From the NCBI GenBank assembly GCA_963729715.1, contig CAVSPA010000003.1, forward strand, positions 160,001 through 224,000: a stretch of 64,000 nt of DNA, given 5' to 3'. Below the pieces are notes generated by a model. That model worked only from the letters and a program-made list of their open reading frames with translations, ran no database searches and had not been told where the DNA came from. Source of the DNA: an uncultured delta proteobacterium (GTDB taxonomy: Bacteria; Desulfobacterota; Syntrophia; Syntrophales; UBA2185). The position numbers and the translations under genes are program-made. Position 1 is the first letter of the stretch, and every line of letters starts with the position of its first letter. Shown here piece after piece: positions 58,220 through 64,000 of this stretch.

Positions 58220-58663
58220 TCAGGTCGGACCGGAATCGAATTTATGAAAGAAACTTCTCAGAATCCTGTTGAAGGATTCGAGTTCTTCCGCTGAAAACCC
58301 ATTTTTTATTTCCTGGTTAACCATTCGGATAACCCTTTTTGCCTTGTCCACTTCTTCCAACCCTTGCGGATTGATAAAGACGTGCGATGCCCTGCGATCA
58401 TGAGCGCTAGCATCTCTCCGGACCAATCCCGTTTTTTCAAGCCGGTCCACCAAGCCGGTGATAGTCGAATTGTCAATCGAAAGGATCTGGCTCAGCTCAC
58501 TCATGATACGGCCGTCCTTCTGCTTCAGGAGAAACAGGATACCGGCCTGTGCCGCTGTCGCTCTGACATTCTCTTTGGTCATCTTCTTTTTCAGGTAAGT
58601 GCGGAGTTTCTGCTGGGCTGTAAATAGCAGATATATGAGTCTATCCTCAGGGGGCATCTCCAT
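58220..58663 (-). CDS. MarR-family transcriptional regulator
   Basis: SELSQILSIDNSTITGLVDRLEKTGLVRR...DRR; GAGG RBS. Confidence 0.92.
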   Translation of the reverse strand: MEMPPEDRLIYLLFTAQQKLRTYLKKKMTKENVRATAAQAGILFLLKQKDGRIMSELSQILSIDNSTITGLVDRLEKTGLVRRDASAHDRRASHVFINPQGLEEVDKAKRVIRMVNQEIKNGFSAEELESFNRILRSFFHKFDSGPT

Positions 58664-58693
58664 AACCTCAACGGAATACATCCATCTGGTTAT

Positions 58694-58723
58694 TTGTTTG
58701 GCACACCAAGTAATAAATGTCAA
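58694..58723 (-). promoter_or_regulatory. Candidate MarR operator next to a TTGACA -35
   Basis: Imperfect inverted repeat TTACTTGG-TGTG-CCAAACAA just downstream of TTGACA (58718-23). Confidence 0.4.
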
Positions 58724-58896
58724 CCAAAAATATTTATGAGACACATGGCGGAAAGGTAAAATGTGGGACTATGGTGATAGTTCAACCGGTGATTGTTACA
58801 AAAATATGCAACTGCTTCCATTCCGGATGCAGTCTGAAGTCTATTAGAAAAATGCGCGAACTTGCGCCTGCCACTCATAACGGAGGATACAAGAAA

Positions 58897-59274
58897 TTAT
58901 TCTTCCACGGTGATGGTCCCCGTCATTCCTTCATGACCGAGTCCGCAAAAGTTGTCGCAATGGAAAGGAAAAGAACCGGCCTTGTTGGGAGTGAAACGCA
59001 ATTGGTTTATCTTTCCGGGAACGATATCGGCGCGTATTGCCAGTTCCGGACAATTGAATCCATGCAGTCTATCCAGTGAAGTGAACTCCAGCACCACCGG
59101 AACGTCCTTCTTCATCTTTATGTCCTTAGGTGAATACTCAAACTTCTTCGCCGTTATCCGTATTACCGTTTCTTTTTCGTCAGCCATTATGTAGCCGCCC
59201 ATGAAGTGGGCAATGACGACGAACAGGAAAATCGAAAGAATGAGAATGGGGATGACATATTTTGCAGATCTCAT
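58897..59274 (-). CDS. CuA-type cupredoxin (cytochrome c oxidase subunit II-like domain)
   Basis: SLDRLHGF; CDNFCGLGHEGM. Confidence 0.9.
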   Translation of the reverse strand: MRSAKYVIPILILSIFLFVVIAHFMGGYIMADEKETVIRITAKKFEYSPKDIKMKKDVPVVLEFTSLDRLHGFNCPELAIRADIVPGKINQLRFTPNKAGSFPFHCDNFCGLGHEGMTGTITVEE

Positions 59275-60173
59275 GACCGTTCTCCTTTAACGCCGAATTC
59301 AGTGATATTATATTTGGCTTTTTTGACATCCGCATTTATGCCGCGGAATCCCAATCCCTTGTATGGCACTTTGTCATCCCAGGGAACCGGCTGTTTCTTG
59401 GGCACAGAACCCGGGGCCGGCAGGGGGTACATCAGCCCTTTCGCTGCGTGATGGGCGATATGCCCTGTATTGTGATGGTGTTCCTGATGTATATGACCGT
59501 AAAAGACAGTCACATTCGCATAGGGCATGAGCATATCGAGAGCCTTGGATCCGTCCCGTGTATGCCAATCCCAATCCGGATAGAGATTAAACAGCGGGCG
59601 GTGGGTTAAAACTACGATCCCAGCGCTCTTGTCCACTTGCTTTAATGTCCCGCTCAGCCATTGCAGCTGCGCCTCCCCGATACTTGAGGTAGGGTCGGAG
59701 ACATTGTCCAACACTATGAAATGGACCCCTTTATGGTCGAAGGTATAATGGGTTATTTCAAAAAATTCTTTGAATGCCTTGCCTTCATCCAGACCGGCAC
59801 CGTGTTCTCCGGGCATAAATCTGACGTTCTTCACTTTCAGCTCGCTGACAATCTTCCTGAATTCGGATAGACGATTTCGTCTCTCTTTTTCATCTTCGGT
59901 CACATGGGTCAGGTCACCTGTGAACATGACAAAACCCGGTTTGCTCGTAAGACTGTTTACAGCTGCTACGGCTTTCTTGAGGGTACCCGCCGCATCCGGG
60001 TTTACCGCCGGACCGGCGAAGCCCCAATGTGTATCCGACAACTGAACGAAAAAGAAATCATCATTTCCCATTTTGGCCCCCTCGGCGACGTTCAGTAATT
60101 TTCCAGGACCGGCAACAAAAACGACGCTCCCGATTCCCGCCAGTTTCAGAAATTCCCTTCTATCGATCTTCAT
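59271..60173 (-). CDS. Tat-exported calcineurin-like metallophosphoesterase
   Basis: RREFLK Tat motif; SDTH, GDL, GEH, TH, GHIH. Confidence 0.9.
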   Translation of the reverse strand: MKIDRREFLKLAGIGSVVFVAGPGKLLNVAEGAKMGNDDFFFVQLSDTHWGFAGPAVNPDAAGTLKKAVAAVNSLTSKPGFVMFTGDLTHVTEDEKERRNRLSEFRKIVSELKVKNVRFMPGEHGAGLDEGKAFKEFFEITHYTFDHKGVHFIVLDNVSDPTSSIGEAQLQWLSGTLKQVDKSAGIVVLTHRPLFNLYPDWDWHTRDGSKALDMLMPYANVTVFYGHIHQEHHHNTGHIAHHAAKGLMYPLPAPGSVPKKQPVPWDDKVPYKGLGFRGINADVKKAKYNITEFGVKGERS

Positions 60174-60501
60174 CGCTTCCTCCTCTGATTAGAGTGACCT
60201 CGGCTTCTTAACTAATAAGTTGACTGTGCCATATTTAATCAATTATGCGATATTGGGTGTCGATGTGCTATATGGAGATATCTGATTTTTGTCCTCAATA
60301 AGCCTCAGTGGCACTAAGGAAAGAGATGAGACAGGGAAGCCGCGGCAGGTCCGATAGTGAGGCTAACGGTCGGGCAGAATATAACATCATTATAGCCTGG
60401 ATTTAGCACGACTGACGGAGAAATATTTTAAGATCGTCTTAAACTGGAAGGTTATCGCAAGATAGAAATGCTGGGAACGAGATTTTTTTGCATGGAAATA
60501 T

Positions 60502-60702
60502 TTAGAACCGCCTGTAGGTATCTGCGGCCGTGAATAAGTGCACGACCTCTTCTTTTTGGGGATCCCACATTATTTTTATGTAATCGCGGCTGAGCACTTC
60601 ATTACCGTTAGGCAAGGTCATGAACAAAGTCCAACCCTGCTTCACTAAATCTTTTCTGCTTATTTTTTGTCCGATCTTCAATGTCACATTTTTCTTAGCC
60701 AT
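60502..60702 (-). CDS. Small hypothetical protein
   Basis: 66-aa ORF with ATG start and AAGG upstream; no family recognised. Confidence 0.6.
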   Translation of the reverse strand: MAKKNVTLKIGQKISRKDLVKQGWTLFMTLPNGNEVLSRDYIKIMWDPQKEEVVHLFTAADTYRRF

Positions 60703-60796
60703 CGTTATCAGACCTTATAAATCTACCATATTTTCGATTTGAGGCACTCAATGACCCCCGCGTCGTTCGCACGAAGAAACGACGAATACAAGGGAA

Positions 60797-61417
60797 TCAG
60801 GCGTGTTTCAGGACGATTCCCTCCACAATGTTAGCGACATCCTCACAGACGTCGATGGCCTCTTCTATCCTCTCAAATATTTCCTTCCACTTGATCAGTT
60901 CGATGGGATCTTTTTCCTGCTCGAACAGGCGGGTCATCGTCATCCTCATGATAATATCGCCTTCGTTCTCCAGGGTGTTTATTTCCACGCAGGCGTCGAT
61001 GATCATCTTGGCGTTTTTCATATTCTTCATGGCTTGGACGATATATTTCACCTTCTTGATCGCCTCATTCAGTATCTTAGCCTGATCGATGATTTCCTTG
61101 GCAGGAACCTTAACCTTGTACAGAGACATTCTGGCCGCAGAGGCTTCAATCATGTCAAGGATACTGTCCATCTTATTGACCAGGGCATAGATGTCTTCAC
61201 GATCGATAGGGGTAAGAAAAGTCTTGTGCATCTTTTCATAGGTTCTGTGGGTGATGACGTCGGCTTCATGTTCCAATTCTTTCAGTTTTACGATCATCGG
61301 TTCTGAATATTCATAATGCTCAACCAGGTCGAGAAAGAGTTCCCCCCCCTCTTCGATTTTGGTTGCCAACTCATAAAAAAGATCAAAAAACTTTTCTTCT
61401 TTGGGGATCATTCTCAT
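60797..61417 (-). CDS. DUF47 / PhoU-like phosphate transport regulator
   Basis: PKEEKFFDLF; EHEAD; TFLTPIDREDI; ENEGD; DVCEDVANIVEGIVLKHA. Confidence 0.92.
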   Translation of the reverse strand: MRMIPKEEKFFDLFYELATKIEEGGELFLDLVEHYEYSEPMIVKLKELEHEADVITHRTYEKMHKTFLTPIDREDIYALVNKMDSILDMIEASAARMSLYKVKVPAKEIIDQAKILNEAIKKVKYIVQAMKNMKNAKMIIDACVEINTLENEGDIIMRMTMTRLFEQEKDPIELIKWKEIFERIEEAIDVCEDVANIVEGIVLKHA

Positions 61418-61616
61418 TTTAAATACTCTCTATGACTTATTTATCAGGAATTAAGCTTGATTGGTACGGCCGTAATTATGATAACGGTCTCAATATCACA
61501 GACACTATTTTTTATCTATACCACATTTCATTTCGGAGTTCCGCAGTTTTTAACGCAATAAGACTTTGTCTGCTTAGGGCTATTGGGTTGTGGATGAAGC
61601 ATGACCGCAGCAATAA

Positions 61617-62636
61617 TTATTTATCTCTTTCACCGAAAAGAACGCCCCCGGAATTTCCTGGGCGAGTTTGTATCTCCTCTTCCTTGTCGCGTAGCCTGAT
61701 AATTATTCTGCGGATCAGAATATCTGCCGGCGGTTCGAACAATCGCCGGAATGTGCCTGAGAAGTTTCTGGCAGAACTTTCGGCATAGGAAAAATTAACC
61801 TCCTTGAGATCCAGCGAGCACTTATAAAGATCAAAGTCCTTTTCCTCTTTGAGCACCTGCCAGAAGGTCCTTCCGCCGGAATTCAAGGCGGAAACCGTGA
61901 GACCCGCAAGAAAAGAGATATTCGGCAGGGCGGAAAGGATGACGCCGCCGCTTAATCCCGCAGTATCCTTCATGTCCTGATCGGCTTTCTTAGCTGCTGA
62001 TCTGTCGCGAGCCTCTTCCATGGTAAGTTCAATCTCTATCTGCTTGTTGTCGTCCTTGATATACTTGGGATAATCCGTCGCAATTTCTTGCAGAATGGGC
62101 AAAGCCTTTTGGATCGCTTCTATGAGAGCTCCTATATAATAATGCCGCGGTAAGGCAAATTCGCCCCGGTCGCGCTGCGCTTTGGCAGTCCTGAAGAAGT
62201 TGGACTCGTCTTTCTGTAAACGAATCTTGACATGATACAGCACGCGACTGTGCAAGACGACCGTATCGTCCGCATATATCTCAAAATCAGCCAGCAGCTC
62301 CAGGCCTTTGCAGTGCTTGAAGTTGGTATCCAGATTGCAGAGAGGTACACCGGGTTGGACCGGAAGGTAAAGCTGCGGATACGAGATGCGAAAGAGTCTT
62401 TCCAGCCCTGGTACGTCAAAATCCTCGAGATCGGGATTCTCGGATTTTTCATTTAGCAGATATTCAGCCAACGTACCCCGGCCGTCTAAGAGGAATTTGA
62501 GATGGTGACTCCCCGGGTTTGCAAACCCCGTTTCCTTATAGACTGTAGCCACCGGGGAACGGGCCTTCGCCGCACACCCGGCAATCAGGCACAGCAACAG
62601 GATCAATCCAGGCAGCAACACCATTTTTGTTCGCAC
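61617..62636 (-). CDS. Hypothetical lipoprotein
   Basis: GTG start after GAAGGGGG; lipobox IAGC. Confidence 0.72.
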   Translation of the reverse strand: MRTKMVLLPGLILLLCLIAGCAAKARSPVATVYKETGFANPGSHHLKFLLDGRGTLAEYLLNEKSENPDLEDFDVPGLERLFRISYPQLYLPVQPGVPLCNLDTNFKHCKGLELLADFEIYADDTVVLHSRVLYHVKIRLQKDESNFFRTAKAQRDRGEFALPRHYYIGALIEAIQKALPILQEIATDYPKYIKDDNKQIEIELTMEEARDRSAAKKADQDMKDTAGLSGGVILSALPNISFLAGLTVSALNSGGRTFWQVLKEEKDFDLYKCSLDLKEVNFSYAESSARNFSGTFRRLFEPPADILIRRIIIRLRDKEEEIQTRPGNSGGVLFGERDK

Positions 62637-62705
62637 GCCTAAACCCCCTTCATATATCCATATTGAGTCCGCTTGAGACGTTCGCAACCCTGTATAGATA
62701 TTATT

Positions 62706-63512
62706 TCACGGTTCTGCCGCAATAAGTTCAAAAACAAAATACCCTACCCTTACCTTGCTCTGGATTTTTACGGGGATCCTTTTATCATCGGCAGTAAACC
62801 AGATTACGAGCTCGGGCACATCGCCGTTCTTTACCACATGTTGCGCTTCGAGCTTTTCCATGTCGGGTATGACCACAAAGGTGTCATACATCTTTTCATC
62901 AATCTTGATCGTTTCCCGCCTGGCTACGCTTGCCTTCACCATTATAATGTTATCGCCTTCGGAGATAGGTATTTCGATCAGGCTGTTCTCCTTTATGTCT
63001 TTAAGGCGGATGAGGTAATAGAGGGATACTGTGTCGAATGTCCCCGGCACGATATGAACGGGCGCCATCTTTTCGCCGAAATTAGAACGTGTGGCTTCAA
63101 GTTTGTCCCAGTAAAAATTTACGATGACGTCACGCGGGTGCTCCCCTTCACTCACCTTCTTATACAGGAGGCTATGGGTCATGCCGATGTCGCAATAGGA
63201 ATCCTGCCTTTCACGAACTTTATATATATGATCGATAGTGGGACTCGTTTTCATGATCATGGCAAAGTGGTATGCCTTGGCACCATCGATAGTTTCTATG
63301 GGGAGTACTTCCAGTGTAAGCTCTCCAGCCTGTATGAAGCCCCACTTAGCGCGGTAAGTCAATTTCTCGCCGGGATGAAAAGGGAAGGGCTTGGTGGAAG
63401 CTACGGTGCTACCGGTAGTAGGGGTAGATAGCGAAAGTATTACCAGGACTAAAGCAAAAACAAGATACCTTACATGATTTCTGTAGATTCTGCTTCCTTT
63501 AGAAACAGTCAT
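62706..63512 (-). CDS. DUF3108 domain protein
   Basis: PFHPGEKLTY; IWFTADDKRIPVKIQSKVRVG. Confidence 0.85.
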   Translation of the reverse strand: MTVSKGSRIYRNHVRYLVFALVLVILSLSTPTTGSTVASTKPFPFHPGEKLTYRAKWGFIQAGELTLEVLPIETIDGAKAYHFAMIMKTSPTIDHIYKVRERQDSYCDIGMTHSLLYKKVSEGEHPRDVIVNFYWDKLEATRSNFGEKMAPVHIVPGTFDTVSLYYLIRLKDIKENSLIEIPISEGDNIIMVKASVARRETIKIDEKMYDTFVVIPDMEKLEAQHVVKNGDVPELVIWFTADDKRIPVKIQSKVRVGYFVFELIAAEP

Positions 63513-63600
63513 ATTCTCTTTGATATTTATTAAGGCTCGACGTCTAAAATCGTAGCGTAATGTACCTTGCTACTTTTTTCAAGCGCCGTTCCAGCAACGT

Positions 63601-63999
63601 TTAATCAGCCTTTGGCAGCTTTGAAATAAGATCGTGTGCGGCCTTTTCTATAATAACTCTCTGTGTTACCGGCTTTTCCGTTACTCTATCAATAGCGTAG
63701 TGTATTTCCTGGACGCCCTCCCAGGCTATGGTCCCATCCGATGTGTTCCAAATTTGAAAGAACAGCCTCACGTCCGCAAACTTTGTATCAATCAGACGGA
63801 GACCCAGGACGCCGAACCGGTTATCCGATCCTTGAGAAAAGGCCATCAGTTTAAGCTGCGCCACATACCTTGTTTTTGTCGCCTCGCCTACTTTCTTGAG
63901 AATGTCACGATTGAAAATCCCGGTGTCACGGTAATCGACATACATGCGCTTATAATCTTCTGAGAGTCCTGCCCGGTTTATGGCATTGAGTGTTTCTGC
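63601..63999 (-). CDS. Hypothetical protein, 5'-truncated by the window edge
   Basis: Frame open to the window end; QIWNTSDGTIAWEG pattern suggests an LpoB/CsgG-like fold. Confidence 0.65.
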   Translation of the reverse strand, partial: AETLNAINRAGLSEDYKRMYVDYRDTGIFNRDILKKVGEATKTRYVAQLKLMAFSQGSDNRFGVLGLRLIDTKFADVRLFFQIWNTSDGTIAWEGVQEIHYAIDRVTEKPVTQRVIIEKAAHDLISKLPKAD

Positions 64000-64000
64000 A

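Noticed and set aside
60290..60375. c-di-GMP-I (GEMM) riboswitch
   Set aside because: Slight resemblance (AAGCC..CTAAG), but the GNRA-capped P2 stem is absent and there is no downstream gene on that strand.
1..64000. tRNA, rRNA, CRISPR array, prophage, intact IS or recognised defence system
   Set aside because: None seen by eye; the Sir2 protein is a housekeeping CobB type, not a defence-associated SIR2.

Overview
Ordinary chromosomal DNA of roughly 50% GC. Gene content and order (pgpA-cinA-thpR-recA-recX-alaS, lepA-hemW, tungsten-type aldehyde:ferredoxin oxidoreductase, perR-rubrerythrin) suggest an anaerobic Desulfobacterota ('delta-proteobacterium', Syntrophales-like); this is inference only. 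The window holds about 55 intact CDSs, at least six pseudogenes or gene remnants and four copies of a REP/MITE-like palindrome. I saw no tRNA, rRNA, CRISPR array, transposase or phage genes. The most interesting signals are non-coding. (1) lexA and dinB lie 24 kb apart but share one promoter architecture: TTGACA, an 18-bp spacer that is exactly a TAGAAC-N4-GTTCTA palindrome (Gram-positive/Chloroflexi-type SOS box), then a -10 hexamer. lexA appears leaderless and the recA operon has no such box, suggesting a minimal LexA-DinB regulon. (2) Two ~135-nt, ~80% identical non-coding elements at 11.8 and 12.4 kb have compensatory base pairing and flank an unannotated 32-aa basic micro-protein. (3) A two-hairpin sRNA candidate at 14.2 kb has SD or anti-SD loops. 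(4) A palindrome-IHF-sigma54 promoter layout precedes two small membrane proteins. All functional calls come from motif recognition; no database search was run.
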